Below the pieces are notes generated by a model that worked only from the letters and a program-made list of their open reading frames with translations, was not told the DNA's origin and searched no databases. 36,765 nucleotides of DNA from a virus. Its lineage: Duplodnaviria > Caudoviricetes. Below are positions 27,929-36,765 of the stretch, piece by piece. The stretch's first letter is position 1. Each line of letters starts with the position of its first letter. A program made the position numbers and the translations under genes. The stretch covers positions 1-36,765 of the IMG/VR virus record IMGVR_UViG_3300031519_000081, one strand, 5' to 3'.

Positions 27929-28297
27929 TTATATGTCGTCTGAGTAAGTGTAACTTTGATTAATTCTAACAACAAATTCGCCGTCGTCATTAATGTAATA
28001 ATAGATGTTTCTGTCATCCCATCTAAACTGTTCATAGTTTAGATTTCGATAAACTAAATTATGGTAGGTATCTCTGCCTTCAAAAAAGTCTTGTCCTGGA
28101 CTAAATCCTGGATAATCTTGACTAGGTTCGTCGCCCACATTGTTAATTTGAATACCGTCGGCAACGTCTAATTGGTCAACTTTTGCAAAATACAAATATC
28201 CGTCTGGATCTCTACGCATTCCATAAAAGTATCGTGCTCCTCCGAGCGAATCAGCAAGCATTCCTGCATCATTACCAACATAAAAATTAGACATCAT
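27929..28297 (-). CDS. Hypothetical protein (acidic, aromatic-rich), probably virion-associated
   Basis: Clean ORF with AGGAG RBS and an upstream late-promoter motif. No motif recognised. Start may be the second ATG (28294). Confidence 0.7.
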   Translation of the reverse strand: MMSNFYVGNDAGMLADSLGGARYFYGMRRDPDGYLYFAKVDQLDVADGIQINNVGDEPSQDYPGFSPGQDFFEGRDTYHNLVYRNLNYEQFRWDDRNIYYYINDDGEFVVRINQSYTYSDDI

Positions 28298-28310
28298 ATT
28301 CTCCTACTAT

Positions 28311-28319
28311 GTATTTATC
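28311..28319 (-). promoter_or_regulatory. Putative late promoter (GATAAATAC)
   Basis: TGATAAATACATAGTAGGAGAATATG; overlaps the TGA of the 1556-aa gene. Confidence 0.65.
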
Positions 28320-31300
28320 ATACTGCATTATTTGGATAAGCATAACCTGCACCCCATACTAATCTAACAGCACCCTTAGCACCGGCTGCTCCACTGTCTC
28401 CGGGAATAGTATTACTGTTGCCTCCCGAACTCCCGCCACCGCCGCCACCATATAAACCGCCTCCGCCGGCGCCGTTTGTACCTAATGACCCGCCTTTGCC
28501 GTTTTTATCAATTGTGTAAGATACTGATGCACCCTGTGTTCCTGCTTCGCCACTCAAGCCAATTCCTGTTAATCCAACTCCGCCTCCGCCTCCACCGGTG
28601 GTTGGATCATATACGCCGCCTTCTGCACCAACAAAATAGAAGTTAGTAGATTCATGAGCTCCGCCGCCACCACCTCCTGAGCCTGATCCGGGCTCTTGTG
28701 TTGTTCGTCCTGCTCCGCTGCCGCCGTTCCCTGTGTATCCGCCTGCGCCACCGCCACCGCCGCCACGTTGGCCGTCGGTTGATCCGCCTGCGCCGCCTGA
28801 GCTAAACGCAAAAGTTCCTGCAGAAGAAATACTGGCATTTACAGTATATGATATACTTGGAGCGCCACCGTTTTCTGTTACTCCGCCGGTACTTGATTGA
28901 ATAGGGTCAAACGTTGCCCATGTTTGTTTGCCGCCACCTCCGCCAGCCACTTCTAATATTGGTGTAGAACCTCTTCTTATTGATGTAGTTCCGCCGTTGC
29001 CGCCGCTAGCACCAAGAGATGTTCCAGAACTGCCGCCGTTTCCAATAATAATATTAATCAGCTCACCTGGCGTTACAGGAATTGTTTCTGCCCATAATGT
29101 GCTGCCACCGGCACCGCCGCCGCCAGAGCCAGTATTTGTTATGCCGCTTTGTTGAGATTCTAAATGGCCTGCACCACCGCCGCCGCCTCCTACTAAAAAT
29201 GCACTCATAGAAGTAACACCAGACGGAACAACCCAAGATTCAGAAGATATAAATGTTTGTGCGCCAGTTGCAGCCGTTTCACTAGTATCGTTAATAGTAA
29301 TTGAAGGTGAAGTAAAACTATTATCATACGGATCAGTTACAGTAATAACAAATGTTTCAACGCCCTCTGAAACTACATCCTCAGCTAGTGTTATCGGTAA
29401 CGTATACGCATAGGCACTTCCGTTTACACTTGGTGCAAATGTTCCTGTAATATTTGTAGTAAAATCATTTGCAGTAATATTAGTTCCGGATAATGTATAA
29501 GAGTGTATTACTGGAGATGAAGAATATATAATTGCATTTATTGTTTCACCTTCATTTATTGTAAGAGTTGATAGTGAAAATTCAACAGAGGGTTTAATTG
29601 TAATGGTAGGACTTGTATAAATTACAAAATCATTATTATCTAAAACAGATATACTAAATGTTTCGTCAGATGTTTCTACGTCTGCAACTGTTTGTATATT
29701 AAAATTTCCAACATTTTCTGTTATATAAAACGGATCAGATACAACAGAGGAATTAATAATAGTTATAATGCCGCTCATTCCTAAATGTATTCCGCAAATA
29801 TAGTATAACGTATTAGGAGCATCTTGAGGAACAACAAAATTTATAGTTCCTGACGCTGTTCCGTTATTGGTTATTCCTGAAGCATATTGTTGACTTGCTC
29901 CAGTTACCCTGCTAGTTTTAATGTAAAACGGATGGCCAGTTGCAGATATATTAAAATTATATGTTTTTCCGCGCTGCAATACAATGTTAGGATTATCAAA
30001 ATTAGTTAATCCGCCGCCGTTAAATGTGTATGATATCGATGCATTATTAATAATATCAAAATTGTATTCGTTTGTATATTCACTAAAATCAAAATTTGTA
30101 GTTGAGATATTATTAATTAAATATCTATAAACAGATCCTGATATAACATTTTGTGTATTAATAGATGCACTAATTGATTGGCCGCCTCGGATTACTTGAT
30201 TACTTAGTGATACGTCGATAGACGGTGCTACATCATTTTCAAGTATAGTTAGAGTTATTGAATTATTTCCAGGTATTGTATAAAGGTCCGATGGGTTATA
30301 AATTGTAAGTGTAGCAGTTTTGTCACCTATGTAAGTTGCATTATTATTTGTAGGAATAACAATTAAAGCAGTGTCTTCTTCGGCAGCAAAATTTGTAATA
30401 CCACTAGTAATTGAAAATCTACTATCACTGTTAGTTAACGACCATGCAAAGGACGGAGTATCACTTAGCGCACTTATTCCGTCAACTGTCCTAAGTCGAC
30501 TGACAATAACAGTAAACGTTAATCCTTCATCAATTTCGACATTAGCAGTAACAATGCTTAGTTGTTTAATTTCTGTAATGCTATCGTTTACTCGTAATAC
30601 ACAATTTTGATTATTAGGATCGATAGGATATATTTCTGCACTAAGCAATCTTATTGTGTTAAAAGTCGGTTGCTGTAATCCAATTTGAGAATTGATAGGA
30701 ATAACAATGTTAGTTGTTAATTCGCCGACTGGTACTTGTAAAACTCCAGAGGTTGAAGTAATTCTAGTATCGGAAGTGTTAGTAGTAAATCCCCAATAAA
30801 AATTTACAGTCTCTGTAGGAGCAATATTAATACTGTTTTTTCTATATACGCGAGTAACAGGTATTACTGCATTTTCACCTTCGACGGCTTCTACAGCTGA
30901 TTCAATACTAATTAAACGATAAACGTTATTAATAGTAATAGTACATTGGTTTGTTATTTGGTATCTACTATCTTCAACATTAGTAATCTTTATTATATTA
31001 TTAATTGAAGCTGCATCAATATTAGTTGCAGACATACTTAATAACACAGTAGCACTATCAGATCCAGTTGGTATAGTAGTAGTACCGCTAGCACTGTTCC
31101 ACCTAGTGTCAGGAGTAGAAATTCCGTCTGCTGCATATATGGTCCAAGATACGTTAACGCTTCTTGTTAGATCAGATAATGCATTTCTTGTAGAGATGCG
31201 TCGTATTGTTAAAGAAACATTATTACCTTCATCTATTTCAGCAGTTTCAACTGTAAATCCAATTTCTTTAATTGGCGGATTTGGATTGCTTAATATTGCT

Positions 31301-32988
31301 AAATTTATACTATTAGTTTGTACGGTATAAGAATCAGTAACTGCACTCAATAAAAAGCTAAAATTTCCAGTGTTACTGCCTATGTCAGTCCCTTCAGGAT
31401 CGTCGACTACTGGAATAATAATCGGAATTTCACCTTCGTTTGGTTGGAATTGTACAGCACGTTCTTGGCCTATTGCTGTACTATCAACTGTTTGAGGCAC
31501 TGTACCAAGAAGTCTATATTTTATAATAGGAGTATCTTTAGTAAAGTTTAGTACTTCGTCTTGATTGACTAATTGTATATCGTCATTATTAGTAGCAAGT
31601 ACAGGATCATTACTGTAGCTTCTTGAGCCTCCCCAAACTATTCTTACTGCTCCATTACTGCCGGAGTTACCAGGGATACAAGTATCTACTGCATCTCCGG
31701 GCCATTTTCTTCCTGCTGCGCCTTGACCAAAGAATCCACTTGTATTTGTAAAATAAACACCATATGGATAATATGCTGTTCCCCCTACTGATCCATTAGA
31801 TCCCCTTTCACCGTTAGCGTCTGTTCCACCGGTGCCATTTTGTCCTATTTGCCATAGTCCAGTGCCGCCACCGCATTGACGATATCCGCCGCCCCCTGCG
31901 CCACCTACACCTGCTTGTCCGTAATTTTCAATAACAATATTACCGGCGTCAAGTGTTGACCTAGGACCAGCAGCTCCGCCGTTCCCCGTGTATCCGCCTG
32001 CGCCACCACCACCACCAGGGTAACCGGAGCCAATGTTACCGTTAGATTCGGTAACCCGTACAATGCCGCCGCCTGCTCCGCCGTTACCTCCACCAGTAGC
32101 AATATTATTGCCGTCTACGCTATATACGCCGCCAGTTGATAAGTTACTGTACGAAGTAAGGTCGCCGCTGCTGGCCCCGCCACCGCCGCCTGCTGATAGA
32201 AATGCACAATTATTTCCTACATGACAAACATAGGTAGTTCCGCCTGTGCCACCGGTTACAAGTCCAGTTGCGCCTTGGCCGCCTGCGCCCACTTCTATTT
32301 TTATGCTATCACCTGGTGTAACAATTGCAGTTGACCATGCTGTTGCGCCGCCAGCTCCGCCCTTGCCCCAAAATCCAAATTGTGTTCCGTAGGAGCCGCC
32401 GCCGGCACCGCCGCCGCCAATTCCTGCCATGCTAATTTGTGAAACACCCAACGGAACAGTCCAATTATATATGCCTGGTGTAGTGTATGCAACTTGTCCT
32501 TGGGCAGAAAGACCTGCAATTTCAAATGTTTTAATTATAGGAATTTCAAAATTCTGTGCAGCATTATCATACACTGATGTTACTGCACTAGGAGTATTGA
32601 TAGTAACTGTTTTTGTTTGTGTTACTCCGAACGGCAATGCAGGTAAAATTCTAAATCTATTACTATATGCAATAATATCTGCCGATAGACTTGCTGTTAT
32701 TTTATAATAAGTTGTAATATAATCAGTGTCAGCTTCGATATTGATAATTGTTAAGTAATCTCCAGTTCCAGTTGGGCCGTAATCTTGAAAAGATATAGCA
32801 GGTATGTTGATAATACTACCTCCATTATCTTGTACTATACTAAACGTTACATTTTTTTTGCTGGATAGGACCCCGTATTGCACTGTTGCGTTAAACGGAC
32901 AGACAATATCGCTTACAGAAGTTTCAAATTCTATATTAGTTGAGCTACTACTAGCTGCAAGAATTGCTACTATTCCAATATCAGACAT
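28318..32988 (-). CDS. Mosaic adhesin/fiber protein: two Gly-rich domains, three Calx-beta/Ig-like domains, cupredoxin-like domain
   Basis: W.VP.GV......GGGG...GAVR.VWG modules at about 31610-32505 and 28340-29270. EIDEG..v.i.R..SG.....D Calx-beta-like repeats at about 30230-31270. GHPFYI...LYYICGIHLGMSG at about 29755-29995. Confidence 0.75.
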   Translation of the reverse strand: MSDIGIVAILAASSSSTNIEFETSVSDIVCPFNATVQYGVLSSKKNVTFSIVQDNGGSIINIPAISFQDYGPTGTGDYLTIINIEADTDYITTYYKITASLSADIIAYSNRFRILPALPFGVTQTKTVTINTPSAVTSVYDNAAQNFEIPIIKTFEIAGLSAQGQVAYTTPGIYNWTVPLGVSQISMAGIGGGGAGGGSYGTQFGFWGKGGAGGATAWSTAIVTPGDSIKIEVGAGGQGATGLVTGGTGGTTYVCHVGNNCAFLSAGGGGGASSGDLTSYSNLSTGGVYSVDGNNIATGGGNGGAGGGIVRVTESNGNIGSGYPGGGGGAGGYTGNGGAAGPRSTLDAGNIVIENYGQAGVGGAGGGGYRQCGGGTGLWQIGQNGTGGTDANGERGSNGSVGGTAYYPYGVYFTNTSGFFGQGAAGRKWPGDAVDTCIPGNSGSNGAVRIVWGGSRSYSNDPVLATNNDDIQLVNQDEVLNFTKDTPIIKYRLLGTVPQTVDSTAIGQERAVQFQPNEGEIPIIIPVVDDPEGTDIGSNTGNFSFLLSAVTDSYTVQTNSINLAILSNPNPPIKEIGFTVETAEIDEGNNVSLTIRRISTRNALSDLTRSVNVSWTIYAADGISTPDTRWNSASGTTTIPTGSDSATVLLSMSATNIDAASINNIIKITNVEDSRYQITNQCTITINNVYRLISIESAVEAVEGENAVIPVTRVYRKNSINIAPTETVNFYWGFTTNTSDTRITSTSGVLQVPVGELTTNIVIPINSQIGLQQPTFNTIRLLSAEIYPIDPNNQNCVLRVNDSITEIKQLSIVTANVEIDEGLTFTVIVSRLRTVDGISALSDTPSFAWSLTNSDSRFSITSGITNFAAEEDTALIVIPTNNNATYIGDKTATLTIYNPSDLYTIPGNNSITLTILENDVAPSIDVSLSNQVIRGGQSISASINTQNVISGSVYRYLINNISTTNFDFSEYTNEYNFDIINNASISYTFNGGGLTNFDNPNIVLQRGKTYNFNISATGHPFYIKTSRVTGASQQYASGITNNGTASGTINFVVPQDAPNTLYYICGIHLGMSGIITIINSSVVSDPFYITENVGNFNIQTVADVETSDETFSISVLDNNDFVIYTSPTITIKPSVEFSLSTLTINEGETINAIIYSSSPVIHSYTLSGTNITANDFTTNITGTFAPSVNGSAYAYTLPITLAEDVVSEGVETFVITVTDPYDNSFTSPSITINDTSETAATGAQTFISSESWVVPSGVTSMSAFLVGGGGGGAGHLESQQSGITNTGSGGGGAGGSTLWAETIPVTPGELINIIIGNGGSSGTSLGASGGNGGTTSIRRGSTPILEVAGGGGGKQTWATFDPIQSSTGGVTENGGAPSISYTVNASISSAGTFAFSSGGAGGSTDGQRGGGGGGAGGYTGNGGSGAGRTTQEPGSGSGGGGGGAHESTNFYFVGAEGGVYDPTTGGGGGGVGLTGIGLSGEAGTQGASVSYTIDKNGKGGSLGTNGAGGGGLYGGGGGGSSGGNSNTIPGDSGAAGAKGAVRLVWGAGYAYPNNAV

Positions 32989-32993
32989 TTACA

Positions 32994-33914
32994 TTATCCA
33001 AAATTTTGCCCTGATACAAATCCATACCAGCCTGCGCCGCCATTAATACTTACTAGTGATAAAATATCTGTTCCGCTAGTTGTGAGTACCGGTGCCGATC
33101 CTTGTGCCCACAATATTGAATTTGGCCAACTAACATCAAAATTAGCTGCATTGTTTATTATAAGAGTAACTGTGCTTCCAGCAGCTGATACATTATTAAG
33201 TTGAACAGTTGAAATATTACTAACTAAGCTAATTACAAATACATTTGATTGAGCTAAATCTAATGCTAGTGTTGTTCCAACTGTAGTAACCAGTGTAGCT
33301 GGTTCATTACCGGCACCTTTAACTTTAATAACTCCAAACATGGCAGTGCGTACTCCGCTTTGGTATTTGTATGTTCCTGCTGCACTAGGAGGAACTTGCC
33401 AGTATAAACTTCCAGAAGTCTTACCTTGTGCCAAAGCCCCAGTTAATACATTACCTTGGTTATCAACATGTATTAATCCTTCATTATAATCAAGATCGGT
33501 AATTGTTTTTATTCTTACTGGATCACTAGCAACTGATAAATCAAATCTAATAGTAGTTCCTGCAAATGCTGTAATTGCAGGATTGTTCGGGTTAGATGGA
33601 ATATTAGAAAGTTTATAATCAGTACCAACATTTGTAATTTCATATGTTGCTGCGCAAGGATATGCTATTTGTCTATATTTTAATGCTGTGTTTACAAAGA
33701 ATGTTCCATTGTATGCTAACATATCGCCGGCTTCGATACTTGACAGACTAACGTCTGTTAAACCTGCTAATGACGAAGATCCGCTACCGCCAGCGCCGCT
33801 ACTGAGCGACCGTGCTTTCCATAGATTTTTTGTCTGTACATAGGTATACAGTGTATTTGCTGCTATGAATTCTTGCCCATCAGCTGGACTATTTGGAAAG
33901 TTAATTGCTGCCAT
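32994..33914 (-). CDS. Tail fiber-type structural protein
   Basis: N-terminal INFPNSPADGQ..YTY...W, SLAGLTDV..GDMLAYNG, a degenerate cupredoxin-like module and C-terminal SWPNSILWAQGSAP..GTDILS...GGAGWYG. AGGAG RBS. Confidence 0.7.
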   Translation of the reverse strand: MAAINFPNSPADGQEFIAANTLYTYVQTKNLWKARSLSSGAGGSGSSSLAGLTDVSLSSIEAGDMLAYNGTFFVNTALKYRQIAYPCAATYEITNVGTDYKLSNIPSNPNNPAITAFAGTTIRFDLSVASDPVRIKTITDLDYNEGLIHVDNQGNVLTGALAQGKTSGSLYWQVPPSAAGTYKYQSGVRTAMFGVIKVKGAGNEPATLVTTVGTTLALDLAQSNVFVISLVSNISTVQLNNVSAAGSTVTLIINNAANFDVSWPNSILWAQGSAPVLTTSGTDILSLVSINGGAGWYGFVSGQNFG

Positions 33915-33933
33915 GTTGTGTTTGTCTCCTATT

Positions 33934-33942
33934 GTATTTATT
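33934..33942 (-). promoter_or_regulatory. Putative late promoter (AATAAATAC)
   Basis: GAATAAATACAATAGGAGACAAACACAACATG; the TAA stop of the 758-aa gene is part of the motif. Confidence 0.6.
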
Positions 33943-36214
33943 CGTCAGCTGTTCGTGTAGTAGGAAACTGTCGTTGGTCGCCCGGCCAAATAATACGTAC
34001 AGCCCCCGCCATTCCGTTTCCTAATGGGCCAGTATTCAAACCCGTTCCAAATGTATCCCCAGTACCGCCGCCTCCAGCATATACTTCCGCCCCAGTAGAA
34101 TTAGGTATCGCCACGCCCGCCCCCCGTTCTCGATTTGTCGCTGCCCTGAAGGCCTTTCCAGGGGTCCCTGCTGAAGTATAAGTACCTGATCCTCCTCCTG
34201 TAGTACCAAACCAAACAGTACCACCAGTACCTCCTTGAGTACCAGAAAGAATCACATAGTTATTTGTTATACTTGTACCCCCGTCATACGCAGCACCTGT
34301 AGCGCCCGAAGGATAATTGATACTCGCCGAGCCTCCTGCCCCGCCATTACCTGTCTTATATATAGTGCAACTGCCATTAGAAGTGTTGTACCCTCTGGTT
34401 GTAACTAGGCCACCAGAACCTCCGCCTGCTGATAAAATCATAGTATTTTCACTATCGTAGAAGATAGAGGCGCCTCCTGGATTTGCTGCTCTACCAAGCC
34501 CGGTACTGGTATAGTTTACAAGTGACCCCCCATTTCCTACATCAACACGATAGCTATTTCCGGGAATTACTGTTATATTATTAACATACACTAAAGCACC
34601 CCCGCCACCGCCAGTACCCCCATAGTTACTATAGTAAGAATGACCTACGCCACCTCCGCCCCCACCTACCGCAACTACTGATACACTGGTAACTCCTGCC
34701 GGTGCAGTCCAAGTAGTAGTTCCAACAGTAGTAAATGACTGTTGTCCTATTTGTACTGGTACAACTTCGGTTTGGTCAGCAGTTAAGGTATTAGGAAATT
34801 CTCTTCCTTCGCCCCATATTATTCTTACTCCGCCGGTTCCGCCTGATATTCCGGTTGTTGTGCCGTTAAAATATGCTGTCATTTTACTAGGAGCTCCGCG
34901 CCCTGCGGCAGTCATTCCGGTAGACCAACTACCGTTTCCACCTGCTCCTGCTGCGCCACCCAGTCCCGAAGTGTACGTCCATAGCCCACCGCCGCCACTT
35001 GCACCTTGTCCCTGTAATCCAACTCCGCCGCCGTACCCTCCAGTCTGACTAAATCCGCCTTCGTTATTTCCCGAACTGTAGTCGTCACCTGAGCCGCCAC
35101 CGCCGCCGCCACCTTGCCCTGCTGTTCCAGAATTTCCGCCGCCTGCGCCGCCAGTTAATGAAGTATAACCACCAGCGCCAGCGCCTCCGCCAGCATCATA
35201 GCCACCACCACCACCAAATGTAGCGGCGCCTCCGCCAGTAGTAAGGAGGTTGTCAGGATTTGAAAATAGAGGTGGACCACTGCCGCCGCTGCCACTGCCG
35301 GACCCGCCTGCGCCGCCTCTGGCAGTTATTCCGTAATTAGTAGCTCCACCAGTAAAAAATGAACTTGTTCCGCCACTACCGCCTGCGTCAGCACGAGATC
35401 CTGATTGAGTTGGACTTGATGCTCCGGTGCCGCCTGCGCCTACTATTACAGTATATGTTTGTCCCGGAGTAACTGGAATGTCATTCATCCATCCTAGAGC
35501 GCCACCTCCACCACCATAACCAGTTCGCGTGTTACCATTAATATCGCCTCTAGTCATTGCTCCAGCGCCGCCTGCGCCAACTGCAACAACACAAACTGAA
35601 GTAACTCCAATAGGAGCTGTCCAGCTAAATGTTCCTGCTGTAGAAAATTCAGCTTGTCCTACGGCACCTAGTATGTCTACAGGAGTTAAACTATTATCTT
35701 CAATAGTAAATGCTATACTAGGTATTCCTGTACTAGGTATTACTGTACTGTTGCCTACGCTGTCGGTTGCTGCAAGAGTAAAGGTTGCAGTTTCTACGCC
35801 TTCAGTAGTTCCATCTGCTACTAATTCAGTTACTACTGTCGCAGCATTTTCTAGTATAATTGCTGTTCCAGTCAGTTCGGAATATATATCGTCAGCGGTG
35901 ATTCCGGACCAAGTATAGTTTACAGTTGTACTGTTAGGTATATTAACTGTATTAATATATACAGTCATAGCACCGTTTTCATTTACAATACCGTCAATTG
36001 GTCCCCTAGCTAATGAGTACAATACAGGTCCAGCATACCCACTACTTTCTACCAGCTGTCGCCATTCAGTAGTTCCGTATTTTATATAAAATCTATTTAT
36101 AGCTTCTACTAAAGCAATTGTACCAATTGCCGCTCCAGCCGGCAGCTCTACATCAGTAGGATACGATAATATTTCGTTTGTTGTTAATGATTTTTTAGAT
36201 GAATATCTACTCAT
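33938..36214 (-). CDS. Gly-rich adhesin/fiber protein with an Ig-like domain and two tandem polyglycine modules
   Basis: GQ..F.T.GT..WTAP.GVTSV.VVAVG.GG.G...GxVRIIW.G..R.FP.T.TAD occurs twice (about 34790-35660 and 33950-34750). Confidence 0.75.
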   Translation of the reverse strand: MSRYSSKKSLTTNEILSYPTDVELPAGAAIGTIALVEAINRFYIKYGTTEWRQLVESSGYAGPVLYSLARGPIDGIVNENGAMTVYINTVNIPNSTTVNYTWSGITADDIYSELTGTAIILENAATVVTELVADGTTEGVETATFTLAATDSVGNSTVIPSTGIPSIAFTIEDNSLTPVDILGAVGQAEFSTAGTFSWTAPIGVTSVCVVAVGAGGAGAMTRGDINGNTRTGYGGGGGALGWMNDIPVTPGQTYTVIVGAGGTGASSPTQSGSRADAGGSGGTSSFFTGGATNYGITARGGAGGSGSGSGGSGPPLFSNPDNLLTTGGGAATFGGGGGYDAGGGAGAGGYTSLTGGAGGGNSGTAGQGGGGGGGSGDDYSSGNNEGGFSQTGGYGGGVGLQGQGASGGGGLWTYTSGLGGAAGAGGNGSWSTGMTAAGRGAPSKMTAYFNGTTTGISGGTGGVRIIWGEGREFPNTLTADQTEVVPVQIGQQSFTTVGTTTWTAPAGVTSVSVVAVGGGGGGVGHSYYSNYGGTGGGGGALVYVNNITVIPGNSYRVDVGNGGSLVNYTSTGLGRAANPGGASIFYDSENTMILSAGGGSGGLVTTRGYNTSNGSCTIYKTGNGGAGGSASINYPSGATGAAYDGGTSITNNYVILSGTQGGTGGTVWFGTTGGGSGTYTSAGTPGKAFRAATNRERGAGVAIPNSTGAEVYAGGGGTGDTFGTGLNTGPLGNGMAGAVRIIWPGDQRQFPTTRTADE

Positions 36215-36227
36215 AATAATTTCTCAC

Positions 36228-36392
36228 TTATGGTACCTCGGGAATAATTGTTTCAATTTTCCCCCATTCTGTTCCGTCCCAAATATATATTTCGCCGTCA
36301 ATAGTCGATGTACTTCCTACAGGGACTCCTTCAGTTGGTAAATTTTCTGAGTATTCTTTTTTAAATGATTTAATAGCTGAATAAGTTGTCAT
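36228..36392 (-). CDS. Small 54-aa protein resembling the N-terminus of the 758-aa protein
   Basis: Translated by hand: MTTYSAIKSFKKEYSENLPTEGVPVGSTSTIDGEIYIWDGTEWGKIETIIPEVP*. It fills the gap between neighbours, has GAGG upstream, and carries the YIWDGTEW fiber motif. Not in the ORF track. Confidence 0.7.
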   Translation of the reverse strand: MTTYSAIKSFKKEYSENLPTEGVPVGSTSTIDGEIYIWDGTEWGKIETIIPEVP

Positions 36393-36393
36393 A

Positions 36394-36765
36394 TTACTGC
36401 CTCGGATTTACTAATGTTGTACCAACCTGAGTGCTATCAACATAAAATTTAGCCTCTGTCCATGAACGGAAATACGCTTTATCAGCTGTAGCAGTTGGAT
36501 AAGTTGGTTGTGGAATACTATTTTGATTGGTTGAAGTAACTGTCCACCAGACAGTTCCCGGGCATCGAATTGCTAGATAATATCCCATATTTTCTTGTAA
36601 ATTAACTTGAGCTGTACAAGTAACCTGTGTACTGCCGCTGCCGCCTGAAACCGGAACATTCATTCGATAAAATTCTGTGCCATTATTATACCAACGTATA
36701 GTACGGATCTGATTACCAGTATAGTTGTTTATCCAATTAAACACAGCAGTTCTAACTGCTTGTGC
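36394..36765 (-). CDS. C-terminal part of a probable structural protein; start lies beyond the window
   Basis: The frame stays open from the track start (GTG 36744) to the window edge (AQAVRTA-VFNW...). Stop at 36394-36396, 1 nt before the next ATG. Confidence 0.65.
   Translation of the reverse strand, partial: AQAVRTAVFNWINNYTGNQIRTIRWYNNGTEFYRMNVPVSGGSGSTQVTCTAQVNLQENMGYYLAIRCPGTVWWTVTSTNQNSIPQPTYPTATADKAYFRSWTEAKFYVDSTQVGTTLVNPRQ

Noticed and set aside
8966-27929. About half of adjacent minus-strand genes are in frame (gaps of 3, 9, 12, 15, 21, 27 and 75 nt), suggesting stop read-through or recoding
   Set aside because: 10 of 19 junctions versus about 6 expected is weak. The stops are mostly TAA, some doubled, downstream genes have their own SD-like sequences, and the long ORFs are intact under the standard code.
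28340-35660. ccgccgccg/ccaccgcc runs resembling microsatellites or CRISPR-like repeats
   Set aside because: They are explained by polyglycine codons. There is no constant repeat-spacer periodicity and no cas genes.
2218-35918. Many 60-200 aa plus-strand ORFs (e.g. 6214..6546, 19415..19894, 23823..24428, 35529..35918) and short alternative-frame minus-strand ORFs
   Set aside because: They are antisense or out-of-frame shadows of long Gly/Thr/Ala/Val-rich genes, with Pro/Val-rich mirror composition, no evident RBS and no recognisable motifs.

Overview
This is an AT-rich, densely coding segment of a large tailed phage genome, probably a T4-like or jumbo myovirus of the aquatic type; that assignment is inferred from gene content and gp55-type late promoter motifs. 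Positions 1-1324 (+) hold the end of a nucleotide-heptose operon: the C-terminus of an HldE/RfaE-type nucleotidyltransferase, an HldD-like epimerase and a cupin. Everything from 1299 to 36765 is a convergent minus-strand virion/tail region. It contains very large mosaic structural proteins (2555, ~1731, 1707, 1556 and 758 aa) built from shuffled and nested modules. Embedded in it is a cassette of three paralogous Cys- and Gly-rich adhesin-like proteins, two tail-assembly-chaperone-like paralogs, a GT9-like (heptosyltransferase-like) glycosyltransferase and a NodU/CmcH-family carbamoyltransferase. A 12-bp hairpin masks the glycosyltransferase RBS and overlaps a late-promoter-like octamer. The best candidate for an undescribed system is phage-encoded heptosylation plus carbamoylation of its own Cys-rich receptor-binding proteins, timed to late infection. 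This is inference and is untested. I saw no tRNA, rRNA, CRISPR array, transposase or reverse transcriptase. All family assignments come from motif recognition by eye, without database searches.
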